Shown one piece after another: positions 37,021-50,263 of a stretch of DNA of 64,000 nt (its first letter is position 1; each line of letters starts with the position of its first letter). The notes below the pieces were generated by a model, which worked only from the letters and a program-made list of their open reading frames with translations, had not been told where the DNA came from and searched no databases. A program made the translations under genes and the position numbers. Where the stretch lies: NCBI RefSeq assembly GCF_006345805.1, contig NC_043018.1, positions 15,934,001 through 15,998,000 on the forward strand, written 5' to 3'. The DNA comes from Octopus sinensis (taxonomy: Eukaryota).

Positions 37021-37230
37021 TTAGCACGCCGGGCGAAATGCGTAGCCGTATTTCGTCTGTCGTTACGTTGTGAGTTCAAATTCCGCCGAGGACGACTTTG
37101 CCTTTCATCCTTTCGGGGTCGATAAATTAAGTACCAGTTACGCACTGGGGTCGATGTAATCGACTTAATACCTGTGTCTGTCCTTGTTTGTCCCCTCTAT
37201 GTTTAGCCCCTTGTGGGTAATAAAGAAATA
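37021..37230 (+). mobile_element. SINE family B monomer (5'-truncated)
   Basis: Perfect 16-bp TSD GGTATAAGTACACACG at 37005-37020 and 37231-37246. Other monomers: ~32975-33490 (split), 39284-39708 (split by CR1), 45265-45485(-), 52120-52332(-), 53244-53458. Confidence 0.9.
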
Positions 37231-37382
37231 GGTATAAGTACACACGTGACTTTGTTTACATTTCTGAAGATAACAGAAACCCTTTTCTCCCACCCCTAAC
37301 CCTTATTGATTAGCTTCCTTCACAATCACACAGTTCCAGGTTCAATACTGATGCACAGCATCTTACGTGTCTCCACTATATA

Positions 37383-37597
37383 CGAGGGGTGCTGAAAAAT
37401 TCCTGGCTTTCAGTAAAAGAAAATACAGGAGAATCAGTTAATTATGATTTTATTCAACGTTTTCCCTTCTCAGATTCACACACTTATTGCAGCGGTTCTT
37501 CATTTTCCTAATCCCTGTAACAGAACTCAGAAGGCTGGGCCTCTAACCAGGCCTTTCGCGACACCCTTAAAATCAGGAACTTTTCAGTGCCCTTCCG
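37383..37597. mobile_element. Mariner-type MITE
   Basis: TA|CGAGGGGTGCTGAAAAATTCCTG ... CAGGAACTTTTCAGTGCCCTTCCG|TA. Confidence 0.78.
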
Positions 37598-38329
37598 TAG
37601 TCTCCTGATGTCCAATACCTAGAGAGTACAATTTAATAGTGGAAATCAAAAATCAAAGAATCAAATCAAATTCGAAATCGATCAACATCAATGGAATTTG
37701 TAGTTTTGTGGCACATAAGGAAAACCATCCGAACGTGGCCATAGCCAGTACCGCATCGACTGGCCTCCGTGCTGGTGGCACGTAACAAACACCATCCGAT
37801 CATGGTCGTGCCAGCCTCGCCTGGCACCTGTGTCGGTGGCACGTAAAAAGCACCCACTACACCCACGGAGTGGTTGGCGTTAGGAAGGGCATCCAGCTGT
37901 AGAAACACTGCCAGATCTGACTGGCCTGGTGCAGTCTTCGGGCTTCCCAGACCCCAGTTGAACCGTCCAACCCATGCTAGCATGGAAAGCAGACGTTAAA
38001 CGATGATGATGATGATGATGAAACTGCAGAAGTTTAATTCTATTAGTGCGTGTGTGTGTATGAGAGCGAGAGAGAGAGAGAACCAGTTTGACCCTTAGTC
38101 TTGGCGGTGCGTAATAAGTTGTCAGTAAGTACTGCCATCATGCAAGTAATTTCATTCATTTGCAATCTTCCACGAAAACATGTCTGTTTTCACGCTCAAA
38201 GAACTAGAGAAACTATTACCTTGCTTGGAAATGGGGGAGCTCAGCAAGTTTTGTCTGGCTCATGCAAACATAGAAAAATGGATGTTAAAATAATGATGGT
38301 GGTGGTGGTTTATGTGTATGTCTATCAAT

Positions 38330-38450
38330 AAACATCATGCAAAGGATTTAGTGGTACATATGTTTCGGGCCTTTATCAATTATGCATTGATATAAACCGT
38401 CTAATAAAGGCCCGAAACATATGTACCGCTAAATCCTTTGCATCATGTTT
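38330..38450. repeat. Fold-back hairpin, ~47-bp arms
   Basis: Each arm contains GGCCCGAAACATATGTACC, the 3' half of a hammerhead-like motif. Confidence 0.88.
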
Positions 38451-39390
38451 TAATTTTGATAAATATACTCTATCACCGACACCACTAAATGGCATATACA
38501 GGTGCTTACAATTATCAAGTATTCACCGTGAATTTTTTGTGTGTATATATATATATATATACTCTTTTACTTGTTTCAGTCATTTGACAGCGGCTATGCT
38601 GGAGCACCACATTTAGTCCAGCAAATCGACCCCAGGACTTATTCTTTTTAAACCTAGTACTTATTCTATTGGTCTCTTTTGCCGAACTGCTAAGTTACGA
38701 AGACATAAACACACCAGCATCGGTTGTCAAACAATGTTGGGTGGGGGTGGACAAACACACACAATATATATATATAGGCGCAGGAGTGGCTGTGTGGTAA
38801 GTAGCTTGCTTACCAACCACATGGTTCCGGGTTCAGTCCCACTGCGTGGCATCTTGGGCAAGTGTCTTCTGCTATAGCCCCGGGCCGACCAATGCCTTGT
38901 GAGTGGATTTGGAAGACGGAAACTGAAAGAAGCCTGTCGTATATATGTATATATATATATGTGTTTGTGTTTGTCCCCCTAGCATTGCTTGACAATCAAT
39001 GCTGGTGTGTTTATGTTCCTGTCACTTAGCGGTTCGGCAAAAGAGACCAATTGAATAAGTACTGGGCTTACAAAGAATAAGTCCCAGGGTCGATTTGCTC
39101 GACTAAAGGCGGTGCTCCAGCATGACCGCAGTCAAATGACTGAAAAAAGTAAGAATAAAAGAATCTTACAAATAAGAAAATGGAGAAGCACATTAGTTTG
39201 GTTCATCAGCTTTAGGATATTAAAATGTTGGCTTATTTATTTATCAAAACAACAACCATAATAACATACATATATACAGTATAAGGCGGCGAGCTGGCAG
39301 AATCGTTAGCACGCCTGGCGAAATGCTTAGCAGCATTTCGTCTGCCGCTACATTCTGAGTTCAAATTCCGCCGAGGTCGACTTTGCCTTT

Positions 39391-39598
39391 CGGGAGGAGC
39401 TTTCTCCGTCCGGGTTGCGGATCCGTGGAATAAGCTGCCAGACGAGATGGTGAAGATGCCGACGACCGCTCGGTTCAAAGTCTCCCTTGACCTCAAGTGG
39501 CCTGAACTCTTTACATGAACACCACCCTGTACATAACTCCATGTCCCCCTACATGGCCTTGCTTTTTGCTTTTTGAGCCAAAAATTAACTAACTAAAT
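39391..39598 (+). mobile_element. CR1-group LINE 3' end nested in a family B SINE
   Basis: GAFSVRVADPWNKLPDEMVKM, then a UTR and (TAAC)n tail. Confidence 0.75.
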
Positions 39599-39786
39599 AA
39601 ATAAATAAAGTACCAGTCATGCACTGGGGTCGATCTATTTGACTTAATCCCTTTGTCTGTCATTGTTTGTCCCCTCTATGTTTAGCCCCTTGTGGGCAAT
39701 AAAGAAATGTATTTACACTATAAAATTCAATGCATATAAGATAAGAATACAAATAGTTATTAAAAAAATTGAATATAAATTATCAA

Positions 39787-39918
39787 AATCACTTACAGCT
39801 GTTTCAGCCTACGGAAAATAGCAACTCTTTGTGCCTATATAAGTCAAGTGTATTGAGGTGGTAGGTAGTTGAAAATAAGGTACTTATATATATATCCCTA
39901 GGCCTCATCAGAGATTAT
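39787..39918 (-). ncRNA. Type I hammerhead-like motif with a long stem II loop
   Basis: Minus strand: CTGATGA-GGCCTA...(~85 nt)...TAGGCT-GAAAC-AGCT-GT-A. Core intact, stem I imperfect. Confidence 0.55.
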
Positions 39919-40532
39919 AATAGTATATCCCCTCTCTCTCTTTCGGAGAGGCACAAGCACCTACACGCACACATACACACACAGCAGTAACTTCCGCCTA
40001 CCGAATTCAATCACAAAGCTTCGGTCTGCTCGGGGCTATAGCAGAAGACACCTACCCAAAGTGCCACGCAGTGGGACTGAACCCGAAACCATGTAGCTAG
40101 GAAGCAAGCTCCCTAACCACACAGCCATGCCCATAATATATATAGAATCTCTGTTTTTAAGTATCTTCTGTGCCTTAAACTGTTTCTTTATTATTTCAGA
40201 ATATCAGAGAATATTGGACTAAAATATTTGCATACCTCAGATGCAACATCAATATTTATGGAAGATGTACAGATGAGATGTAACCAAGAATTATTGTAAA
40301 GTATTTCCTCTGGGTGGGAATATTAGCAAAATTTCTCTGATGCCTAGAATGTGTACAAAATGATTTTTGGTATTCTAATTAAAAGTTGGAAACATTTTAC
40401 AAATGCATTAGCAGCATTTTCAGGTATCTACAAGGACCACTTTTGATTGGAGTAGAGTAACAGAACTGTTTCTTGTGGATTAAAATAAAACAATGAAAAG
40501 GGACCGTATATAGTGGTGAGAGAAGAAATAAT

Positions 40533-41522
40533 ATGGAAAATGAATTATCTGAAATTCATTCTAAAAGGATTGGTTTTGTAGAAGAAATTGGGAAAATATC
40601 ATACAAATGTGATATCTGTAAAATGAGTTTTTCTGAAAAGCCTGACTTTACTATTCACAGATGTGCTCAGTCTGGAGAGAAGCCATGTCACTGTAATATC
40701 TGTGGTAAAGTCTTTTCTCATGTGACTACATTAACTAACCACAGACATGTTCATACAGGAGAGAAGCCATATCAGTGTGATATTTGTGATAAGACATTCT
40801 CTCGTGTGATTACTCTAACAAACCACAAACGTATTCATACAGGGGAAAAACCATATCACTGTGATATCTGTGGGAAATCATTCTCTGATGGGTCTAACTT
40901 AACTAAACACAAACGCATTCATACGGGAGAAAAACCATACGATTGCAGCATCTGTGGTAAATCATTCTCTCAAACTAATAAGTTAGCTAGTCACATACAT
41001 ATTCATACAGGAGAGAAACCACATCACTGTGATATCTGTGGCAAGTCATTTTCTGAACCCGGTAACTTAACTAAACACAAACACATCCATACAGGAGAGA
41101 AACCATATCACTGTGATATCTGTGGCAAATCATTCTCTCTTGTGACTACCTTAACTAACCACATATACATTCATACGGGAGAAAAACCGTATCGTTGTGA
41201 TATCTGTGATAAGTCTTTCTCCCGTGTTATGACCTTAACTAACCACAGGCGTATTCACACGGGAGAGAAGCCATATCACTGTGATACTTGTGAGAAAGCT
41301 TTCTCTCAAAGAAGTCAATTAACCGAACACAAATATGTTCATACAGGAGAGAAGCCATGTCACTGTGAAATCTGTGGTAAATCCTTCTCTCGAAATAGTA
41401 CCTTAACAAACCACATACGTATTCATACAGGAGAAAAACCATATCACTGTGATATCTGTACAAAATCCTTCTCTCAAAGAAGCCACTTAAATAAACATTT
41501 GTGTGTTTCTACGGAAGAGTAA
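40533..41522 (+). CDS. C2H2 zinc-finger protein, 11 finger units (329 aa)
   Basis: Nine canonical fingers; the first and last lack the final His. TGEKP linkers, MENEL start, no KRAB/SCAN/BTB domain. Confidence 0.95.
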   Translation: MENELSEIHSKRIGFVEEIGKISYKCDICKMSFSEKPDFTIHRCAQSGEKPCHCNICGKVFSHVTTLTNHRHVHTGEKPYQCDICDKTFSRVITLTNHKRIHTGEKPYHCDICGKSFSDGSNLTKHKRIHTGEKPYDCSICGKSFSQTNKLASHIHIHTGEKPHHCDICGKSFSEPGNLTKHKHIHTGEKPYHCDICGKSFSLVTTLTNHIYIHTGEKPYRCDICDKSFSRVMTLTNHRRIHTGEKPYHCDTCEKAFSQRSQLTEHKYVHTGEKPCHCEICGKSFSRNSTLTNHIRIHTGEKPYHCDICTKSFSQRSHLNKHLCVSTEE

Positions 41523-41812
41523 ACAGCGTCAATGTCGAAAATAATTCTGTGAGAAATTAAATATTCTGTTTAACCAGAAACTTATTTATACATTAAAGAA
41601 GAATATTGTTGTGTGATATCAACCTATCTACATATAAAATAATGTTCATGTAAATTTGCAAAAGAGTTTGCACATATGTAAATATCAACATGCATAACTT
41701 TGATGGAAATACAGTGGTAGAAATATTTGCTAAGAATAAAATGAATTTGTTTGAAATAAAAACAAAAAGAAAGAAGGCTATGTTTATATTATTGTGGCAA
41801 AATAAAAAAATT

Positions 41813-44010
41813 ATGGAAAATGAATTGTATGAGAATCATTCTCAAAGAAGTGGTTTTTCTGATGAGATGCTGAAGAGATTGAAAAATGTCATACCAGTGT
41901 GACATCTGGAAAAAGTCATTCTCTGGAAAAGGTAATCTAATTATTCACAAACATATTCATCATCATCATCATCATCGTTTAACGTCCGGGTTCGACCGGG
42001 TCTGGGAAGCCAGGTGGCTGCACCAGGCTCCAGTCTGATCTGGCAGTGTTTCTACAGCTGGATGCCCTTCCTAATGATAACCACTCCGTGAGTGTAGTGA
42101 GTGCTTTTTACATGCCATCAGCACAGGTGCCAGGGAAGGCTGGCAAAGGCCACGATCGGTTGGTGCTTTTTACGTGCCACCAGCACAGAAGCCAGTCAAA
42201 GCGGCGCTGGCATTTCATACTGGAGAAAACCATATCACTGTCATATGTGTGATAATTGATTCTCTCAAATAAATCAGTTAACACTAGTCACTTACACGTT
42301 CATACAAGAGTCAAATCACATCACTATATAGGCACAGGAGTGGCTGTGTGGTAAGTAGCTTGCTTGCCAACCACATGGTTCCGGGTTCAGTCCCACTGCG
42401 TGGCACCTTGGGCAAGTGTCTTCTACTATAGCCTTGGGCTGACCAAACCCTTGTGAGTGGATTTGGTGGATGGAAACTGAAAGAAGCCCGTCGTATATAT
42501 GTATGTGTGCGTGTTTGTCCCCCTAGCATTGCTTGACAACCGATGGTGGTGTGTTTATGTCCCCGTCACTTAGCAGTTCGGCAAAAGAGACCGATAGAAT
42601 AAGTACTGGGCTTACAAAGAATAAGTCCCGGGGTCGAGTTGCTCGACTAAAGGCGGTGCTCCAGCATGGCCACAGTCAAATGACTGAAACAAGTAAAAGA
42701 GTATATCTGTGGTAAATCATTCTCTGAATCAGATTAACTTAACTAAACACAGACACATTCATACAGGAGAGAAACAATACGAATGCGATATCTGTGATAA
42801 TCATTCACTCAAACAAATAACTTGTCACATCACATACACAACATGCCTGCTGTGGTAAATCCTTCTCTGAGCCAGGGAACTTAACTAAACACAAGCACAT
42901 TCGTTCAGGAGAGAAACCATATCACTGTGATATCTGTTGTAAATCATTCTCTCGAAGTGGCAACTTAACCTCCTAAGTGTTTAACCCTTTTGATACCAAC
43001 CTGCCTGAAACCGCCTCTGGTTCTGTTGTACTAATGTCTTCTTTTCATAAGTTTTGAATTAAAATCTTCCACCAAACCTTAGTCACAATTTATGTTCCTA
43101 GCACTAGCTTAATGATAACGAAGTTATTTTACTAAAGTCTTTGTTATATTTAAAATAATTTGAAGAAATACAGAGCATCTCAAAATAAATACAGTAACGA
43201 AAGGGTTAAACCAGCCATATCCAGCCAAAATATTCTACCTATTTTATGTTCAAACTGGCAGATATGGTCATTCATAGCTACCTTATTGTGTCATTTTAAA
43301 AATAAACAATCACATCATTGAAATCTCAAAGCCATGAAATGATGCAAGATTAATTTTTACATAGTGTGAATACACAAGCTTTACATTTGACAGAATAATC
43401 TGAATGCTAAAGGGTTAGATATACTCACAAGCATACCTGTACAGGTGAGAAACCATATCACTGTGATATCTGTGGTAAATCATACTCTTAACAGAACACA
43501 AGCTCAATCATACAGGAGAGAAGCCATATCAGTACTATTTATCGTAAATGTCTCTCAAAACGTTAGCTTATCAGGCACAGGAGTGGCTGTGTGGTAAGTA
43601 GCTTGCTAACGAACCACATGGTTCCAGGTTCAGTCCCACTGCATGGCATCTTGGGCAAGTGTCTTCTGCTATAGCCTCGGGCCAACCAAAGCCTTGTGAG
43701 TAGATTTGGTAGACGGAAACTGAAAGAAGCCTGTTGTGTATATGTGTCTGTGTTTGTCCCCCTAGCATTGCTTGACAACTGATGCTGGTGTGTTTACGTC
43801 CCCGTCACTTAGCGGTTCGGCAAAAGAGACCGATAGAATAAGTACTGGGCTTACAAAGAATAAGTCCAGGGGTCGATTTGCTCGACTAAAGGCGGTGCTC
43901 CAGCATGGCCGCAGTCAAATGACTGAAACAAGTAAAAGAGTTATCTGACCCCATATTCATACAGGAGAAAAACCATATCATTGTGATGCTTGTAAATCAT
44001 TTTCTGTCAG
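41813..44010 (+). pseudogene. C2H2 ZNF pseudogene interrupted by at least five insertions
   Basis: MENELYE start. Frameshifted finger remnants at 41890-41960, 42213-42330, 42703-42980, 43420-43572 and 43942-44010, separated by family C, family A, two TTAA-type MITEs and family A. Confidence 0.88.
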
Positions 44011-44501
44011 GGTCAATAAAATAGTACCAGTTGCTGGCATTGTGCCAAAATTTGAAACCAATCATCGTGTAAGGTCCGTTTTCCATGCTAGCATGGGTTG
44101 AACGGTTCGACCGGGGTCTGGCAATCCAGGAGGTTGCACCAGGCTCCAATCTGATCTGGCAGTGTTTCTACAGCTGGATGCCCTTCCTAACGCCAACCAC
44201 TCCATGAGTGTAGTGGGCGCTTTTTACGTGCCAGGGGAGGCTGGCAATGGCCACGATCGGTTGGTGCTTTTTACGTGCCACCGACACGGAAGCCAGCCAA
44301 GGCAGCACTAGCATCGGCCACATACGGACATAAATACAAATTGGATGATATAATTTGTGAATCATCTTCATCAATGTTTCCATGGCTGTTTTGCATGCTG
44401 GGATGGGTTGAACATGTCTAGCATACAGAAAATCTCAGCTCTGAGATTTATATCTTCAGTTCTGACATCATCGTGACAATTTGTGAATATCATTAATAAA
44501 T

Positions 44502-44724
44502 TATTAATAGTTATCGCCATACTAATATGGCAGTCTATAAATATAAGACTAAAGCTGTCACTGATTAGCTCCAAGAGGCCATCGCCTCTAGCTAGCTATA
44601 TGTAATGGACGCAAGTTCGTGTGTCAATAGCTAGCTAGAGGCAATGGCCTCTTGGAGCTAATCAGTGACAGCTTTAGTCTTATATTTATAGACTGCCATA
44701 TTAGTATGGCGATAACTATTAATA
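44502..44724. repeat. Fold-back hairpin, ~97-bp near-perfect arms
   Basis: TATTAATAGTTATCGCCATAC...GCTAGCTAT and its reverse complement flank a ~27-nt loop. Confidence 0.93.
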
Positions 44725-45760
44725 TCCAGTAACGCTGCCGTAATCTCCTTTAGAGAGACTTAGTAATTTTAATATTTCTATTAATAAATTAATAATTAAA
44801 TAAAGTTGGTTTACTCTTAAACTATTCTCCTATCATTATATCTGCCCTTCCTAATATCAAACATTTTACCATGTGTATTGAGTGCTCTTTCCATACCATC
44901 AGCACTACCAATGTTGCCATGCAGCTTGCAAGACCCAAGCCTTGAGGAAGCAGAGTTGGCTTTATGCTAGGGGATGAGGGCTTAAAATGTGAGAGAGAAG
45001 AGGGTAGGGCAGATTTTTAACTTCTTTTACCTGTCTCAAATCATTGGACTGTGTCCATGCTGGGGCACTGCCATGCAGGGTTTAGTTTAACAAACTGGTC
45101 TTGGTACTTATTTTTTTAATCTGGTACTTATTCTATCAGTCTTTTTTGCTGAGTTGCTAAGTTACAGGAATGTAAATAAACCAACACTGGTTGTTAAATG
45201 GTATGGGAGAAGGGGACAAACACAAGCACAAAAAGATATTTACAACAGGCTTCCATACAGTTTCTTATTTCTTTATTGCCCACAAGGGGCTAAACACAGA
45301 GAGGACAGACAAATGGATTAAGTTGATTATATCGACCCCAGTGCATAACTGGTACTTAATTTATCGACCCCGAAAGGATGAAAGGCAAAGTCGACCTTGG
45401 CGGAATTTGAACTCAGAACGTAAAGACAGACGAAATACCACTAGGCATTTCACCCGGTGTGCTAACGTTTCTGCCAGCTCACCACATTAATAAGTACCAG
45501 TTACGCACTGGGGTCAATGTAATCAGCTTAATGTCCTTGTTTGTCCCCTCTATGTTTAGCCCCTTGTGGGCAATAAAGAAATAAGAATATTTTGGCCAGA
45601 TATGGTCAGTTTAAATTCTAAAGAATTGAATAAATGAGATGGTGATTGTCGCTTGAGCATAAGATATGACGAGTTTGCTGATGGTAAATAATCACAGACA
45701 GCCTATTTCTACTGGAGAAAAGCCACACCATAGCAAAATATCAACCATTGTACAAACAAT

Positions 45761-46115
45761 TACTCTGAGCACCTTTTCAAACTCCACCCATCTAACACCC
45801 GTGGACATGTTTACAAAGTCAGAAAACAGCACAGCTCCCATGACTTCAGGAAACATTTTTTCACGCTGAGAGTTGCTGAAGCATGGAACAAACTGCCGGC
45901 ATCAGTTGTTAGTTGTCGGAGCACTGCATCCTTCAAAACTTCCATGCTTCCTGAGATTCGCCAACACTACACCTGATTTTCTCCCCTCCATACACACACA
46001 AGCATGTATCTGACTCATACACTGTTCACTTTCCAGACATTTGTACATTACTGCATATACTCTGACAAGTTGTGGTGCACCTGAGCACTGTATACAATAA
46101 TTTCATTATTATTAT
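45761..46115 (+). mobile_element. CR1/L2-group LINE 3' end
   Basis: Near-identical to 28428-28788. Confidence 0.85.
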
Positions 46116-47117
46116 ATTAAAATGACTTCTGTGCCTGGATAACTTTACAAATTTTGTAGCTTCATCTTATCCAGCTTCAACATGGAAGCACAAACAGTAT
46201 TTCCATTAAGGAAACTATCTGATGATGATATATACACATATATATACACAGACAGTAAGTGAGAGATATGCTCAATATAAAATGCATGTAGTAGTGCTCA
46301 AATGAATTTGAACTCAAAGTTTGGGGACGTAAACACACCAGCATCAGTTGTCAAGCAATGCTAAGGGGACAAACACATACACACATATATATATACATAT
46401 ATACGATGGGCTTCTTTCAGTTTCCATCTACCAAATCCACTCCACGAGGCTGTGGTCGGCCTGAGGCTATAGTAGAAGTCACTTGGCCAAGGTGCCACAC
46501 AGTGGGACTGAACCCAGAACCATGTGGTTGGTAAGCAAGCTACTTACCACACAGCCACTGCGTAGGGTTTTTTTTTTTTGTAGTAGAGCAGCATGGTTGG
46601 GGATGTAGAGAATGATCAGCTGCAAGATGAGGTGTTCAAGGGGCCATTCACCCCCCCCCCTCCCCGAAGTGAGTAGAAGTGGGCAGGTAAGGGTTTGCAA
46701 GATTGTATGGGGAGGCAGCCTACATCTGTCAGAAAATAAGTTAAGTCGGGTTGAAGGGTGATGATCGAAAAGTCACGGGGTGGGGGAAGGATAGAGGGGT
46801 GCAGGAGGGAGCGGTTGGGGGATAGAATAATCATAATACAGAAGATGGGGGTGGGGTGAGGGCTGGAGAGAGATGACAAGGTGAGGTAGGCATTGAGTAT
46901 GATGATGATGGGAGATAGTTCGGTTCTTTTCGTTACGAAGGCAAATTTAAATAATTAAAACACGGCAGTTCTAATTTCATTAATCGTTGAACAAATTAAG
47001 ACACACAAATGCGGTTGCACAGGAAAAAATATCCAGTCCCCGATTCACAGCTGTGAAGAAGAGATAAAAAAAAACAACACCGATTTTTCCTTTCGATCGC
47101 AGAATTCGTAAACTGGA

Positions 47118-47401
47118 AATTCTTCCGCCCGATCCAAGACAAAATAGTTCCGGAAGTTGGGTTGTGATTGATTTGAAATCTTGTCTTCTTCACCTCAAAG
47201 AATAAACGCGAAATGTAAACGAGGGAAGGATATTTAACAGGAATATAAATCGACCCTGGTACTTCACTGGTATTGTAGTCTATCTATCCTGCAAGACTAA
47301 AAGGTGAACTTAACCTCTGCGGGATATAAATTCCGTAATTAATGACTTCTTTCGACGATGCTCTCATCATTATTCTGTGATCGATCGCCATTCATCGATA
47401 C
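47118..47401 (+). promoter_or_regulatory. Candidate promoter and non-coding exon 1 of ZNF 50264
   Basis: AATTCTTCCGCC-N20-CCGGAAGT, donor gtaagtact at 47402, acceptor ttatttcag at 49958. Confidence 0.55.
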
Positions 47402-50263
47402 GTAAGTACTGCAAATATTAAATCGAATTATTCTTGTGATATTTTTACTTCGAGCGCAGTTGATATTTAGAACTATGTTTATATAAGGGTCTCTCTTTTT
47501 AAGGAGAGACTGGTGAGATTTGGCTGTTATTTCTAGCAGATTAATGTACCTTGAGAAGTCTTTCCGTTGTTGGCATTAATTAGTCGTGATTTTTAATTAG
47601 GGGAATATCCTAAAATAAACTTCTCTGAGGTATTTAGAAACTAGCTCTTCTTTGTTTCTTCCGGGTCCCCATGAAAATAGAAGCGTTTACCTTTTTAAAT
47701 TGAAAGGGGGTTTCCTGGGCGAAAACAAAAAAAAGATGTTATTAAATTATTTATTTGAAATGATAAATGGTTATCGATCTGTGACTCGACACTAGAAAAT
47801 AACTTTGGGAAAGACTTGACCTTTCACCTTAGAAAACGATTGAAAACAGCGAATGTATGAAAAAATGAATTGATTTAAAGACAAAAAAAAACTAATATCC
47901 TAAGATAATTGATTAAATCGATACATATAGAAATAAGTGAAGCACATTGTTATTCTGGAGTTCATACAATCAAGACTTGAGTCCGTCTTGTGGCCATCAC
48001 CACCAAAATCTGAGGACGTACAGGAATAGATTGGACATGATGAAGTGTGTGGTATGGTTCTTAACTTAAACTGAAGAATAACAAAGAGCGATCTGCGAGT
48101 TGCACTTAATTGATCACCTTGGTACCTTGGGCTAATGTCATTTTTTTATTACCTCAGTTGAAGCTAGATCTTGTTTTTGAAAGTGGGAGATGAAAACTTT
48201 ATAAAAGCTCGTCGGATAGATTTTGTCTGCATATTGGCGCAGGAGTGGCTGTGTGGTAAGTAGCTTGCTTACAAACCACATGGTTCCGGGTTCAGTCCCA
48301 CTGCGTGGCATCTTGGGCAAGTGTCTTCTGCTATAGCCCCGGGCCGACCAATGCCTTGTGAGTGGATTTGGTAGACGGAAACTGAAAGAAGCCCGTAGCA
48401 TATATGTATGTATATATATATATATATGTTTGTGTGTCTGTGTTTGTCCCCCTAGCATCGCTTGACAACCGATGCTGGTGTGTTTACGACCCCGTCACTT
48501 AGCGGTTCGGCAAAAGAGACCGATAGAATAAGTACTGGGCTTGCAAAAGAATAAGTCCCGGGGTCGATTTGCTCGACCAAAGGCGGTGCTCCAGCATGGC
48601 CGCAGTCAAATGACTGAAACAAGTAAAAGAGTAATTTATCGTGTACAGCCTTATCACAGAGCGTCTTGTTGGTTCTGTTTGGGAATTACATTAGAGATGC
48701 ACTTGTTTGCATTAATGTAATATACTCAGCATTCTACAATACAGTATAGGCGCAGGTATGGCTGTGTGATGGGAACTTCGCTTTTCAATCACAGGGTTCT
48801 GGGTTAAAATCCCATTGCATGGCACTTTCAGCAAGGGTTTTGGGGTGGACTTTATATACTCTTTTACTTGTTTCAGTCAGTTGACTGCGGCCATGCTGGA
48901 GCACCGCCTTTAGTCGAGCAACTCGACCCCGGGACTTATCCTTTGTAAGCCCAGTACTTATTCTATCGGTCTCTTTTTGCCGAACCGCTAAGTGACGGGG
49001 ACGTAAACACACCAGCATCGGTTGTCAAGCAATGCTAGGGGGACAAGCACAGACACACAAACATATACGCACACATTTATATATATATATATATATACAT
49101 ATATACGACGGGCTTCTTTCAGTTTCCGTCTACCAAATCCACTCACAAGGCATTGGTCGGCCCGAGGCTATAGTAGAAGACACCTGCCCAAGGTGCCACT
49201 CAGTGGGACTGAACCCAGAACCATGTGGTTGGTAGGCAAGCTACTTACCACACAGCCACTCCTGTGCCTATATGTACAGAAAAATTAAGGAAGCATGTTA
49301 TATTGTGTGTGTGTGTTTATCATCCCCACCACCACTGCTTGACGACCAGTATTGGTTTGTTTACATCCCATAGTTTAGTGGTTCAGCAAAAGAGACTGAT
49401 AGTATAAGTTCATCATCATCATCGTTAAACGTCTGTTTTCCGTGCTAGCATGGGTTGGACGGTTCGACTGGGGTCTGGGAAACCAGGAGGCTGCACCAGG
49501 CTCCAATCTTGATCTGGCAGTGTTTCTACAGCTGGATGCCCTTCCTAATGCCAACCACTCCGTGAGTGTAGTGGGTGCTTTTTACGTGCGACCGGCACAG
49601 GTGCCAGGTGAGGCTGGCAGTGGCCACGATCAGTTGGTGCTTTTTACGTGCCACCAGCACAGAAGCCAGTCAAGGCGGCGCTGGCATCGTCCACGTTCGG
49701 ATGGTGCTTTTTACGTGCCATTGGCACAGGTTCTAGGCTTAAAAACAAAATAACTGGGGTCAATACAATCGACTAAAAATTCTTGTGAAAGGCTGGATTT
49801 GGCTAGTTTGGACATAAAACAGGTAGAATATTTTGGCCGGATGTGACCAGTTTAAATGCCAAGGGGTTAACCAGAATAGATATGTAAAGTGTTCAACAGT
49901 TGAATTTCCATATTTTTAAGTATCCTTTGTGTCTTATATTATTTCTTTGTTATTTCAGAAAATCGAAGAATATTGGACTAAAATAATTGCTTACATCAGA
50001 TGCAACATCAATATTTACCATTTCTTAAAGACTGAAGGAAGAGGTACAGAAGGGATACAACTTCGCTTTAATAAATCTTTGGAAGAAATACTTGTTAAAT
50101 ATTTACTCTACCACCAAAATTTCTCCGATTTGAACATGTACAAGATGATTTTACATTGTAAAAAAACTGGGACACATGAGTTCAGTATCTTCAAATATTG
50201 ACATAAGAGAAATAAAGAAGAAATATTTGGGAAGGATAAAATATATATTAAAAGAAGAAAATT

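Noticed and set aside
49929-50201. 90-aa ORF similar to 57082-57321
   Set aside because: Non-ATG start, crosses the splice acceptor, and the frame is not kept at 40200. The similarity reflects a duplicated UTR.
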